Counted from the first letter of the whole stretch, positions 33,585 to 46,094 are shown. The stretch is 62,774 bases of DNA, filler included, from 13 parts of 13 records of this genome joined end to end with filler, not necessarily neighbours in it, one strand, 5' to 3'. Notes: generated from the letters alone by a model not told the origin. Numbers and translations: made by a program.

Positions 33585-34909
33585 ATGGACCGGCCACTGA
33601 GCCGTGTCCGACTGTCCAGCGATGGGGCGCGGGAGGCGCTGCAGCGGGCGGGGCTGGGAACCTGCCAGGTACGCCCCTCGGCTTGCCGAATCAGCCGGCC
33701 CAGGAGGTCTTGCTCGCCTCGAGTGTGGAGCTGCTCCGCCGGCTGCCCGGATTGGACCTGAACCAGATAGAGCAGGCCGCCGATGAGATCGCCCAGGCGG
33801 TGGCGCCCAAACCGTGCACCGTGCCTCGCCCCAATTGTGCCGGCATCGAGACTGCGCAGGCTCTTTCAATGCTCCAAACCAGCCGAGAGGGCGAGCCGGC
33901 GGCGCTCGCCACTGGAGTGCGCGAGCTGGATGATGGACTGCGGGGCGGGATTCCGGCGGCCTCGGTGACCGAGCTCACCGGGCCGGCCGGTCGGGGTAAA
34001 ACGCAGTTCTGCCTCACCCTTAGCGTGGCGGCGGTGGTGCGCTGGGCTGAGGGAGCCGTGCTCTACCTAGACACCGAGGGGTCGTTCACTGCGAGCAGGC
34101 GCGGGTCGGCCGGGCGGTCGGAGACGGGCGCGGCAGGTTGATGGAGATTGCCCGTGCCCGCTGCCCTGGGATGGACGATCCAACAATCGAGGCGCTGATT
34201 CAGCGAGTGCATGTTGCACGCGTTTCAGAGCTGGTCGGGCTGTCAGAAAGGTGGTGGAGAGCTTGCAATGTGCCGAGTGTCTGGGGCAGGCTGGAGCAGA
34301 TCGAGAACGAGGTGATCGAGCACAATATCAAGCTAGTGGTGGTCGACTCAATTGCGAGCACAGCCCGCAAGCAGAACTCTTCTCTGATGGCCCGACAAGA
34401 CACGTGCGTCGGCTGGCCGGCCGCTTCTGCTGACCGCCGGGCAGGCTGGTACGGCAGGCGGCGAGGCTCAAGTGCCAGCCCGGCCTGCCGACGGTTGAGC
34501 CCACCTGCAGGTGGGTCGCTGAATCCTTTGGGATCCCAGTCCTGGTTACCAACCAAGTCACGACTCGAATATCTCACGAAGAGCCGAGTCTGGGGCCCCA
34601 ACGCGCACGGCTTTACAGCAAGGACAGGTAAGCTGGATGGGACTACCGTCCCAGAGCTGCGAGGCCCCGAGTCGGTCCCTGCTTTGGGTAACACTTGGGC
34701 GCATTGTGTGACGACTCGGCTGCTACTCGAGCCAGATAGGTATTGACCGCTCAGGAGCTGGCCGGCCTGAGGTGGAGGACAGCACCATCAAGGTGGCCAA
34801 GTCGCCGACCGCAGCCGTACTGTCTGTTGGATATAGCATAACAGCTGCTGGGTTTGTCCAGCAAACCTGCAGTGATGCTCATGCTGATAACCCCATGAAT
34901 AGCTTTTAG
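33585..34909 (+). CDS. RAD51B: RAD51 paralogue, RAD51B-like (multi-exon)
   Basis: LD..LRGGIP...TELTGPAGRGKTQFC (Walker A), LYLDTEGSF, LVVVDSIAS (Walker B), IPVLVTNQV, PALGNTWAHCVTTRL and VAKSP. Confidence 0.85.
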
Positions 34910-35411
34910 TCCCTTTTACTCGTAGCCTCATGATCAGTTTAGAATGTGAGCACTAGTCATGGGCTGGTGTGACCTAGCTATAGTCTGCATACCGTACCAA
35001 TATAATCATGATTCGAACGTTCCTCTTGAATTTGATTACTTCAACTGGTTTAACAATGTAAAGTACTTACTACGTACGAGTACGCATTAGTGACGCATTC
35101 GTCGTGCACTGACGTGCAGATGTTAAATACATGTACATGTTCTACGTTCAAGTTCCTGGTTCTCAGATGTTTGGAGGACTCGGAGCCCTCTTGACTCCCA
35201 AAGAAGCGTCTGAGTCGTTCAGGAGCGTGACTAATTTTAAGATTCTGTGCCGTGTGTTGTTAGCCGCCTCATTTTGTTGCACTATAAGAGAACTGTCAGC
35301 CCTCATGTGGTGCTACTCTTGTGATACGTCCATCAACATTGCTCTATGTTTCTAATAGTGTAGTAGTGGTAGTAGTACGCGTGTGCAAGAACTCAGAGCC
35401 CTTGCAACACC

Positions 35412-35810
35412 TCAAGCAGTTGTGCTTTGAGCCACAGCTGCAACAGCTTGTGGCATATTGGCTGCCAGAGAGCATACCCGCTTGCTCTGTCTCACCACCC
35501 AGGCGCTGTAGGCCTCCTTGCGGGCCTCCTCCGTGCTCTCCCAGCTTTGCGCCTGCTCTTGCAAGACCGCCCCAGTCACAGGTATTGCGCGGCTGTTCAT
35601 CAAAAGGCAGTCCCACGTCGTCCCAAAGTCCAAAGCGAGCGGTTCCGGCTCCTTCGGCTTGCGCTTGGCAAATCCGTCCCAGCCGATCACGGACGGAATC
35701 GTCGCGAGTTTCGGCCAGCTCTTGGATGCCTCCGATGGCTCCTGGGAGCTTGTCCGTGGGATGAATGTGGCTTCGGGATCCCAGTCAGTGCTGCTCATTT
35801 GCTTGATCAT
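35412..35810 (-). CDS. Short hypothetical protein
   Basis: ORF tail MIKQMSSTDWDP... lies outside the opposite-strand gene; start is uncertain. Confidence 0.3.
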   Translation of the reverse strand: MIKQMSSTDWDPEATFIPRTSSQEPSEASKSWPKLATIPSVIGWDGFAKRKPKEPEPLALDFGTTWDCLLMNSRAIPVTGAVLQEQAQSWESTEEARKEAYSAWVVRQSKRVCSLAANMPQAVAAVAQSTTA

Positions 35811-35990
35811 CTCGGGCACGGGCGACGGCTGTGGTACCGGAACATGCTGCGCATCAGGGCACCGGATCTCCAGCGCGTGCTTCCGTTTGGGCCGGTCAGC
35901 CGTGGCGCCGGCAGTAGGCTCAGGCTGGGGCCGCAGAGAGAGGACCTTTCGCCCAGCAACCGTTTTTGGGAGTCGATACACTGCCCCGCC

Positions 35991-36751
35991 ATGTCTCCCA
36001 CCAAGTCCGTGATGAAGATCGCCGCCGTCCTGCTGATCGCGTTGGCCGGCATGGCCGCCGCGCAGCACGGTCACTTCGGGGACCACGCCAGCCAGGCGGA
36101 GTACGAGGCGAAGGCACAGAAGATCCAGATGGAGGCCGCAGAGGTGATGGAGATGATCGCAAAGGCCACGGCGGGCGCCCAGGAGAAGATGGCGATGCTG
36201 GAGAAGGCCATGCCGATGAGCCGCAACCCACTGACCAACATGGCGAGTATTGTCAACGAGAGATGCATATGACCGAGAACAAGGACGCTGAGGTGAAGGA
36301 GATGATTGAAGGGTGGGAAAAGGATATGATGGCAACGATGAAGCAGAACAAGACTTTCACGGCGATGACCGAAGACGCCTCTGCAGAAAATCAGGCGCAG
36401 TTTGCGGAACTCATCGAAGGAGCCAAAATGAAAGTGGAAGTGCTTAAGAAGAAGATCATGATGAAAACGATGGAATCGGAAGCAATCGGAGAGTACTACG
36501 CCAAGGTTCAAGCTATGTGCTGGACAGAGAACAAGAAAGGCTTCCAACAGGTTGCGCTTCAATACACTGGCCCAATCGCACTCAAGCCTGCGGCCAAGGA
36601 GGTGAAGGCGTGGTACAAGGCGCGACAGTGCTGCGCCAGCAACACGGAGGAGTGCATGCTCAAGATGGGCGTCATGGGACCCGGCAAGTACGAGTTCGAC
36701 TCGCAATCCGAGGAGGAGAAGGAGATGGCCAAGAAGAAGGCTCCGTTTTAG
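35991..36751 (+). CDS. Secreted Met/Glu/Lys-rich helical protein with a frame break near 36260
   Basis: Signal peptide MKIAAVLLIALAGMAAA. The first frame stops at 36272; the second (MHMTENKDAEVKEM...KKAPF) has the same composition and codon bias. Confidence 0.6.
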
Positions 36752-36961
36752 ATCGGGTACCTTCGCGTTATACAAGAGAACGCCAATCAAGCAAGAGAAG
36801 ACACACATCAAGCAAGGAGACAAATTTTGCACGTCAATATGAGTACAATTCATGCACGTGATTTTAACGTCAAAACCAAATGTGACCCAATCAGATGCGA
36901 TATGAGCACTCACAATTGATAACGCGTGAGATCTGTAAAGATTGAAATGCATCTGTCACTT

Positions 36962-38741
36962 TTATATCAAGATCGTACTGCCGTAATCTTGTCTCACCAT
37001 GGTTTGCACCTTATCGATTAGTTGGACAGCCCAACCTCGCAATCGTGGGACTTGCGTGCACTCGCGCTTGACACAACGCAACAGCAGCCCGGTGTCTTCA
37101 AGGTTACGCCGCTTCAACCAATCAGTCACCACCTCGACTAGGTGCCGCTGCGCCTCCTCACCGGTTGGCTCTAGCGGCCCCTCGGTCGTTCTGATCCAGG
37201 TTGCAAGCTCCTCCCGCCACAACCGGAACCGACCCGGTGAGCTGCTCGTTTCCGCCGGCGCCTCGGCGGGGGCTGGCAGCGGCTGTGGCTGCGGGGGGCT
37301 GGTGGGCTGTGGCTGCAGCCGTTGTCGCGAGGAGCGGCGGGCGGGCTGGCGCTGTGCCGCCTCGGCCAGCTTCATCTCTGCAACTATCTGCAGCGGCAGA
37401 GCGGCCCGCATGCCTGGCGAGAGCTGGGACAGCCGCATCGGCTCTGTGGGCTCGTCTGGTTGGGCGGGTGGGCTTCTGGGCCGCTTGGCTGGCTTGTAGT
37501 GCTGTTCAAGCTCTGACCGGATGGCCAGCGGAAGAGAGTCCAGCACTGCGCTGTCCACCTGCCCCGTTCTGACCCGCCAGCCCGCTGCCCAGATGCCTGC
37601 GACAGAGAGTCCGGGAACAGATCCAGCGTCGGGTCCGGCTCGGACCGGGCCGCCGGCTCCTGAGCCTCCGGACGGGTGGGCACTTGCCCGATCAGCTCAC
37701 TCGCCAGCTGCTGCAGCTCGGTACCCACCTGCACCAGCTCACGCTGCCTGGGGCCGGCACGGTGCCTGAGCACGGGCTGCGATCAACTCTGCGCAGCTGG
37801 TGAGCCCGAGCCTGGACACCTCCAACTTGGCTCTCCACCCGAGAGGAAGAAGCGCTGCCATGGCTCAGCCAACGTTGGATGCAAGCAGCCGGACCTATCG
37901 GCAGCCGCCCGGACTCCTCCGGGCTCAGCATGGCGTGGCCCGGGGCAGACGGCACCGACTGGGCAGCCAGCCAGGCGAGTAGCTCGGTGCGCCCGTACCC
38001 GAGCCGGGCTGGGCAGCCGGAGATGCCCTCGAGCTGGCTGAGCAGTCCAGCAGGGTCGATCCCTGGGCCACTGAAGTGCGCCTGCTGCTCCGACGCCCAA
38101 CGGACCCTGGCAGCCCGCGACTGGAGCAGTTGGTTGACCCCGTCGAGCACCTCCAGCCGGGCTCGGCCGCTCGGGTGCAGCGTTTGCAGCCCGTCCAGAA
38201 TCAGGCATGAGGCTGCTGGGCCGGAAGACTTGAGCTGACGCTGGCCATGAGGCACCGGTGGCGGCACCGAGAAGTCCAGGGCCGGGAGAAGCCGGCCCTC
38301 CGCGATCGACTGGGTGACCCACTCCGGCCGGACGAACGGGATGTGCGCGCCTTTGAACTGCCGGGCGGCCTTGGACGCCGCCAGGGCGGTGCCCACGCAG
38401 TGGGTCACTTTGGTCTTGGAGAAGTACTGCTCGCACCGGCCGCCGTGTTCTCCGAACATGCGCTGGAGTACAGTTGGCGGCGGCTGGGTGAATCCGTTGA
38501 TCCAGATGGTCAGACCAGCAAAGATGCTGCTCCGGCTGGGAGGCCCGTCGAAACGCTGGCGCAGCAGCCGTTCTTTGCGCTCATGGTAGCTCTTGTGCCC
38601 GCCCCAGCCGCCCCCGCCGAAGCCGTGCTCGCCCCGCTCCTTCGAGGCCTCGAACTGACGCCGGAGCTCGTCGGGCTCTTCCATGAGTTTCCGCTCGTCG
38701 GCCAGCGGCGGGCCTGCCTCCTTCGGCGAGCCCGCCTGCAT
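36962..38741 (-). CDS. REV1: Short REV1-like protein (BRCT, degenerate polymerase remnant, two UBM-like motifs, Rev1 C-terminal domain), about 552 aa
   Basis: REV1-type N-terminus SYHERKERLLRQRF..SIFAGLTIWINGFTQP..HGGRCEQYFSKTKVTH..VRPEWVTQSI.EGRLLP. UBM-like SQ|VDSAVLDSLPLAIRSEL. C-terminus WIRTT..P...NLED...VQTMVRQDYGSTIL. Introns of 40, 43 and 38 nt restore one frame. Confidence 0.8.
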
Positions 38742-38780
38742 ACTGTACTGTAATAACGGACACGGAGAAATGTGTTGACG

Positions 38781-39287
38781 ATGTCCTCCTGGACCTGGCT
38801 TTGCGAGCACCGTCGCCCGACCGTAGCGGTCACGGCTGAGGGCGAACACCTGCACCACGGGGAGTCGGCGACGGCGCTGCCAATCGACGGGGCGGTGGCA
38901 CGGCAGGTAGCGGCGCTGAATGCCCGAGAGCAGCCGGAACCGCTGGAAAACGCCGAAGCGGCCAGCGACCTGGCTGCGATCGAAGTCCGCCGGCTATCTT
39001 GCGAGCTGCGGACCGAGGTCGCGCTAGCCGAGAGGCCTGCCTGGTTCTCTGAGCCACGGAAGGAGCAGCAGCGCCAAAAGAGGGTCGCGCGCGAGCTGCA
39101 TTCAATCAAACGGGAGTTACGGCAGCTGGCAGTCAACTCGCTGTTGATGTCCCCGCTGCAAGGAGCTCTCGGTGCTGTGGGGACGAGTCCAGTGTATGCA
39201 TGGTCAACCGAGACAAGCATCGCCTGGCTGAGCAGTCAAGTGATCGTAGTTCCGACAGCGCTGATTCCTCGCCGGTCTCAAATTTAA
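38781..39287 (+). CDS. Hypothetical protein
   Basis: 169-codon ORF divergent from the REV1-like gene and followed by AT-rich DNA. Confidence 0.35.
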   Translation: MSSWTWLCEHRRPTVAVTAEGEHLHHGESATALPIDGAVARQVAALNAREQPEPLENAEAASDLAAIEVRRLSCELRTEVALAERPAWFSEPRKEQQRQKRVARELHSIKRELRQLAVNSLLMSPLQGALGAVGTSPVYAWSTETSIAWLSSQVIVVPTALIPRRSQI

Positions 39288-39664
39288 CCGGAAGTCTGTC
39301 GCGCTTTGCTCCATTCCGATTAATTAAGCACGTATAGATGTATGAGACATTCCGACTAATTACTGTATAGCGCCTAGAACTGTGCTACTTCTATACATGT
39401 ATGCTATTCCGGCATAGACAAAGCAGATGTTTGTTAAATCATGATAAAATCATGAGGTTAAATGCACAGTCAGGGGGGTCACGCCCCTCCCACGTAGATC
39501 TGCGTCATGATCAGAGCTAGCGATTCTCAGTCTAGCTCATTACGCATTGTTGGAACGCAAGGTCTACGAGTAATCAGTTTCTTGAGGTTGTAAAATTCCA
39601 CATGCCACGGATCAGGTTGTTATCTATAATAGTTAGTAATTCAATATTTACTTGTATTTATTCA

Positions 39665-41071
39665 TCAACTATTGGACTGCAACCGCTGTTTAGGATGCAC
39701 GTGGTACACCATGGCGTATCCAAGCATGCTAAACATCAGCACTATCATTATCGCTAGCACAGTCCAAACTCGCCAAGTAGAACCCGAACCATGTCCACCC
39801 ATCAGATCTTTACAGTAGTCATCTTGAAGCTCTTTCAGTTTAGCTTTGAGCAGTTGTAATTCACGCTTAGCCTTCTGGAGCTCATCGTCCGAACCATGAA
39901 GTGGCGCACTAGGCTTGGTCAGAGTGTCGCCGATCTTAGTTGAATTATCCCCACCTACCGCGGGTACCTCCTCTCGCCTGATACCAACATCCGCTTCTGG
40001 CTGTTTTGGCCCGGGGTGCACAGCATCTGCCGGCTCTGCTGTTCTTACAGTGTCGTCTTCTACCTCAGAAACCCTGCATTGCTCGGCATCCTCCGTGTCA
40101 GAATTCGCAATCCTCTCAGTCAGCAGCTTGAGCTCGCCCCTTGCCGCACCCTGCTCAGCTGCAAAGATCTGTCAGCCGCCTTCACTAGCAGCATCGCACC
40201 AGCAGGCAGAAGCTCAATTGCATCCTCTAAGATAGCCCGAGCTCGCAGGAGCTCATTCTGCCCTGTATAGCAGAATGCCAACGAGCGCATGCACCTACTC
40301 TCCCCGTTTAGGCCTCTGAGAACGGACAGTGCATACCGGCCTCGAAGTATCCCGTCAAGTTTCAAGGAAAGCGCAGCTTCAAAGCTCTTCGCAGCGGCTG
40401 AAGGTTGCATCAGCTTGTGAAGTCTCACGCTTCCAGCACAGTGCAAAGCCACTGCAGCATCCGCTGGCTCCAAAGTTCAGAATCGCAGTTGTCATCACAT
40501 GTACGTACCGCTGTGATGGTCCGCGTTCCTAAACAACTTCGCAGCAGCCTCAAGCATACTTGCAACCTGAAGACATTAATATCAGCCGCCGCTCTCTCCA
40601 CAAGGCACCTGGGCAAAATCTTCGGTGCACGAAGCTAGCAGCACTAGCGTGTGCGCTTCAAGACTGGGTTGCTGATTCTGTTCCGAGACTGCCGCCAGCC
40701 CCAATGCAGCAGCACACCTGCTGATAGACTGTGGCTGCTGCCTCTAACTCAGGCACTGCAGCCGCCTTCTGGGCCTGCTTCATCAACAGCACTGCACACC
40801 CAACCCGCCCAGCCGCTTGGACTAATTGATTCTGGCTAGCTGTCGCCGACTTTAGGTGCGACCTGACGAACTACTCGACAACTCACAAGGTCATACATGA
40901 CCTAGCAGACGAATCTCTATCCAGCCTGAGGAGCAACGACCCGATCTCCAGCCGCTCGAGCTCTGCCACCGGATCGGATTGTGCAAACAACCGGGATCTA
41001 CCGCCAGGCGCCGCTCTTTCCTGCTCGAGCGCTGCGCCGGTTACCGCCTCCACTGCCTCTGCAGCAGACAT
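39665..41071 (-). CDS. TPR-like helical protein with a coiled coil and a C-terminal transmembrane anchor (multi-exon)
   Basis: ALHCAGSVRL....AAAKSFEAALSL and SLAFCYTGQNELLRARAILEDAIEL are TPR-like; tail TM segment VWTVLAIMIVLMFSMLGYAMVY. Confidence 0.5.
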
Positions 41072-41338
41072 TTTCAAGCCGATTGCGCTATGTAGTGCGT
41101 ACCGTTAGTGTGACACACACTAGCCCCTGGCTCCGAGGCTGTCCTGCACCGGTTTAGCCCTCGCAACGCCACTAGCCTCGCAGCGTTGCTCTCGGTGAGC
41201 CCAAGAGCCGCTTCAAACTTCTCTCCAGCCGACTCTAANNNNNNNNNNNNNNNNNNNNNNNNNNNNNNNNNNNNNNNNNNNNTTAATTAATTAANNNNNN
41301 NNNNNNNNNNNNNNNNNNNNNNNNNNNNNNNNNNNNNN

Positions 41339-43516
41339 TCTCTCTTGACAGGTTTGACTGGCCTAGCTCTAGGTTTCGGAGGCACGTCCAGGCATTTTGA
41401 CAGCCGACCACAAGCATCCATGTACCTATTGTACAGGGCTGTAATGTCAGTTGAGGGCACCAAGAGTTGAGTCCCTTCCATCAGCAGGGCCTTGCGCGTG
41501 AGACCCTCGTATCTGGCTGCGTTCAACTCCATCAGGACCTTCTCTGGGACCCCAAGCCGCGCACTGAGTGATTCTATGGTCTCGTCGTCGGAGGCGTCAA
41601 AAGTGACGAGCTCAAATCCGAAATGTTTGACCAGCCAAACTTCTGTGGCTGCAGCAGCAAGTGTGTAATCCTCCTTCTGTCCGTCTTCGTAAAACTCAAT
41701 GCGTATCGCCTTCTTAGATTGACTAGCCACCAGTCCACGGTACCACCTGGCCCATTCCAGATAAAGCGAGCAACAGGCAACAGCGAGTGGCACAACTGAC
41801 CTCACGTCGAATTCACACCAGACATCTTCGCCGACGTAGCTCTCTTTGGCTTGTGGGCTAATTTGTCGGTAAAAGCTACCAGTTTGGACCTCTCCAGCCA
41901 GATTCTGTTGCGCAAGTCGATCGTAGTCTGCGTCAGTCACATTTCCCTGCATTAGGATCAGTCTGCCGCCATCGATGCGGGGCTGACCAGTCTCCAAGCT
42001 ACCGATGCCAGGTCAAAATTAATCTGCGGTGTCGACTTGATGTGCTCCCCATCCTCTGGCGCCAAATCCTGAACCGCGCTCGCCGCGCAGTCTGCCACAG
42101 CGGCCGAGACGGTCTGTCACAAAGCAGTCAATTATGACAAGCCTTACGCTCAGCCAGCACTCGCACCTTGAGTGTGCACTGTACGTGAGCCCAAGCATCG
42201 GGCGATCCGTGCACCCGCTTCATTGCACCGCCCGACTCGCCACATATAGCGCAGCATGCCCCTTGAGCACCGGCTGCACATACCTCGCAGAGCCAATGCG
42301 CACCACCACCCATGCCCAAAGAACCTACCGGCTCTCCGGTATCCCTTGCCTTGAAAGACAGCCGCCAGTTCTTTGTCAACATACCCACCTCGAGCTCAAA
42401 CTTGCTGGGCGTGAGCTGTCGCCCGTCCGATGTGACAACGTGGTAGCTGCTGCCCTGCCGGCACAGCGTTGCCTCGACCTTGTTGCATACTATACGTATT
42501 TGAGTGTCCTTCTCCTGACCAGGACAGTAGCAGTCTGCGTGCACACGCACACCGCATCGACATACCCTCCACTCCGCAGCCACGCACTCCTCTGCCTCCA
42601 CGCTGTGCTCGCACACATCACATCGGTACCTGATTGGCTCTCGCCGATTGGTCTTGGGCCGTTTCTTGCTCGGCTTTGAAGGCTGCTGCTGCCGCCAGAG
42701 CTTTGCCCTGGGTTCAGAACCTTCCCCTTCGGAGCGGCCGGACGAGAGTTGCCAGTAAGGTGCCGGTCCCTGCGGCTGGCGCCCCTGGCGTCGGTCGCCC
42801 TTGTTCCGATTGTCCAGCTCGGCCAAGGCCCGTGTCTTGTAGTCGAGCTTGGTGCTAGCCACGGGTCGGCTGTGTGCGTTGACGTGCTTGCGGAAGAGGC
42901 TAATCTGATGCAACATGGTGGACCCATTCAACTCGGACCAGCGCGTCTCACAGTGCGGACATTTGGGGTCCTGGTCCGTTATCACTGGCTCCGGCTGCGA
43001 CGAGACCCAATCGAGTAAGAGCTGCTCAGTGAGCTTAGGGCAGAGACGGCCCTGAGCGAAGCTGGTCACTTCCTGCTTGCGGTTATTCCGCTTGGCCCAA
43101 ACCTCGTCCACGGTGGGCAGCTCCGCCAGCTTGTCTGTCACATCCTGGCCAACCCACATATTTGCAAACATGATCGTCCTAAGCTTCTCGCGTATCGGCT
43201 GCATCTCGCGCTGCCGTTGGACCCACTCGACCACCGAGCTCAGCTGGCCCGGGTCAAGCACCAGTTTGTCCCGCATGAACTTGCCCACATCGATCTTGTG
43301 CATCCGCAGCTCGCTCCCCGCCTCTTCGTACGTGATGCAACGGAGCCCCATCAGCTCCCGACACTCTTCGCGCAGCCAACCCGGGTCGGCGCCACTGCTC
43401 CCCGCGTGGGGCGGATCCGCCGGCGCTGGTTCGTCGTGGTGCGGCTGCTCTCCCGGGGCGCCATGCTCCGATCCGACCGGTCGGGCCGCGATTCCGTCCA
43501 GTGCAGCCGGAACCAT
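41339..43516 (-). CDS. Chromatin protein with PHD/Zn-knuckle module, inserted SAND-like domain and LysM-like domain; 3'-truncated
   Basis: CDVC..CRC...HADCY, then insert IVCNKVEA..LTPSKFE..G..KNWRLS, then WLCEVC..CAIC..GGAMK..WAHVQC. A later exon has ETIESLSARLGV...LMELN..RYEGL....LMEGTQLLVP. Confidence 0.7.
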
Positions 43517-43887
43517 GGAGGCCTGCCGACCCCCGTCGCTCGCTGCACGGCGGCCGCGGGAACCCTGCGGATCGGCTGTACCGGGCGCGTCCGCCAGCCG
43601 TTTGGGCCGTTCCGTGAAGTGGCCTCTCTGAACTGCTCCGATACGGACTCACTGGCTTGAACGCGCCATTCCAGCCGATTTTTTTGAGCCCCTGGAGCAT
43701 CTTTTGACAATCATGACCTGTCTGACAGCGATGTCAGATCAACGATCATGATCATGACACGGAAACAAATACTCAAGGGAGGAAGGAGCTCTTGATGTAG
43801 CGGGACGGCACAAGAGATTCGATATACCCATCACGCTGTACTTTAATGCATCATACTAGCATTACGTACATCTTAGACCAAAATTAA

Positions 43888-44757
43888 TCATAACTCGTCG
43901 AACCGATCAAACTCGTCTATTTGCTTCCCTGCACCACACGCCATCACACGTTGTAGCCCCCCGACCAAGACACCTGTGGCGGCACACCACTGGGACACGA
44001 AGCTGAGCAGCCGGCTGCGCATCTTGGCGCCGTCTTTCAGGATCTTCTGCAACGGCTCCCAGACTCGCGCCGTGCTCGGATTGGCAGCATATATCCCGGT
44101 CAAGTGAGCCACCGCCTCGCTGTACATCTGAATGTTCTTCCGGGTCTCGTCCACTGCCTCGTCGGCAGTCCGGTCTCGACTCGCCTGGCCCACCCTCACG
44201 CCTCGCCCGGACCGGGCAGGCCACCTTATTTATCTTAGAGACGTTGAGCAAAGTGTGCCAGAGCGCTTGCATCTCTCGCACCATCTCGTCCAGCTCGGCC
44301 CGCGGGTTGGCCTGTTTTACCTGCTGGAGCTCGATCTCAATCCGTTGCAGCGCCCGCTCCGTGGCCTCCCGCTCCCGCCGGGCCGTCCTCTCCCGCTCAG
44401 TCAGCTCGAGAGTATGCTTCCGCATCATCGCAGCCGCCGATATCGCCCCCTTGGCTTCAACCTAGCCGCCCAGCTCAGACTAGCCTAGACCTAGGGCGGC
44501 GGACCTCCCCGTAGACTACTGTCAGGTCGAAAGGCGTCCGGCCCTCGCAGTCCTTCAGCAGCAGCCCGCAGCCTCGCTGCACTAGTGCATACACCGCCTA
44601 ACAAGGGCTCTACGCTGCACTGGGCACCGAGCACACCTCCAGCTGGCCGCAGCCGACCGCCACATGCAGCGGCGTGACCCCGGCGCTGTCCTGCGCGTCC
44701 ATCTCAGCCCCCATTCCGAGCAGCGCCTGCAGCACATCAAGCGCCCCTGCACCCGCC
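43888..44757 (-). CDS. Ankyrin-repeat plus coiled-coil protein, 5'-truncated
   Basis: LL.MGAEMDAQDSAGVTPLHVAVGCGQLE and KDCEGRTPFDL, followed by the coiled coil in ORF 43907-44428. Confidence 0.7.
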
Positions 44758-44857
44758 NNNNNNNNNNNNNNNNNNNNNNNNNNNNNNNNNNNNNNNNNNN
44801 NTTAATTAATTAANNNNNNNNNNNNNNNNNNNNNNNNNNNNNNNNNNNNNNNNNNNN

Positions 44858-46094
44858 CTAGATCATGGATCTTGCTCTGATAGCTCGCATCCCCCTCTTG
44901 CAGACCCTGGATCCAGGCCTTGTCCCGCGCAGCGCACTGCTCAAGGTGCGACTGCGCCCTCATCAGCTGCTCATCGAGCACTCGAGCGTGCGCCTTCTGA
45001 GCGCTTAAGTCTGCCCTCAAGCCGCTCACATCCGCGCCACGCCCCAGCCTGGCCTCGAGCTCCTCAATCACAGACTGCTGCAGCGCGTCGTTCAGCTCTG
45101 CACTCTTCAGCCGGGCCTCGAGCTCTTCCTGCAGCCGCGCTAGCCTCTCGCTCTCATTTATCAAACTATCCGACACCGCCTCCTGCTCGAGCATCTGGCC
45201 ATGCCGCGCAGCCACCTGTGTGAGCTGAGCCTCAGCCGCCTGCAGCTGGGCCTCCAGACCATCCAACTGTGCCTGGTGCCGCGCCTCCGCCTGCTCCAAC
45301 TGGCCTTCTAGCTCCTTCACACGCAGACCAAGCACTTGCCCTAGCTTCCCCCCCGGTGACTTTGCCTTCCGCTCGGCCCGATCTTTCCCCAATTCCTCCA
45401 ACAGCCCCCTCAGCCGCGCGGCTTCCTGCTCTGCCGCCCCCCGCGCCTGCTCTGCCGCCAGCGCGCGCTGCTTCATCGCCGCGCACTCGCCCTGCAGCGC
45501 TGCCTCGGCCGCCTCAGCTTCTCTCAGCTGATCTTCTACTGCGCGCGGCGGCTTGCTGGGCGAGCTGATGCCCGAACCTACCGGCGAGCCCCACAACTGT
45601 GCCATCTGCTCCGAGTTCGCACCCCCACGCCGCCTGCGCCAGCTCGCACCCCGCTCCTTGGCCGGGCTGGCCGGTCTGCTGCCCTCTCGCCCCGCCTGCT
45701 GCTTGGACTGTGCGAGCTCCCGCTCCAAAGCCTCTACGCGCGCCACGTGCCCGGCCTCCGCGTTTGCAGCCTGCTCCTGCAGCGCCTCAACCTGTTGGCT
45801 GATCTCGGCGAGCTCGCGCTCCTGAGCCTCCACGCGCGCCGCGTGCCCGGCCTCCAGATTCTGGCTGATCGCCTGCTGGTCGTCGAGCATGTCAACCAGC
45901 TCTATGATCCGACGGGCCTGCTGGGCCGCCTGGGCCTCCGTCTCTCGCAGCTTGGCCGCCAACCCGGCCTCCGGGAGAGCTGGGCCGTGCTGTGGGCTGG
46001 CCGGGACCGAGACTGCCGGCGCAGCAACCGTGGGCTGCGGCTGGACCATCCACTGGGCCACCGAGACGCCCGTGGGCTGCGGCGTGCGGGGCAT
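44858..46094 (-). CDS. Coiled-coil protein, 3'-truncated
   Basis: Open E/Q/A-rich frame of more than 400 aa with an internal peptide repeat (EAGHAARVEAQERELA / EAGHVARVEALERELA). Confidence 0.7.
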
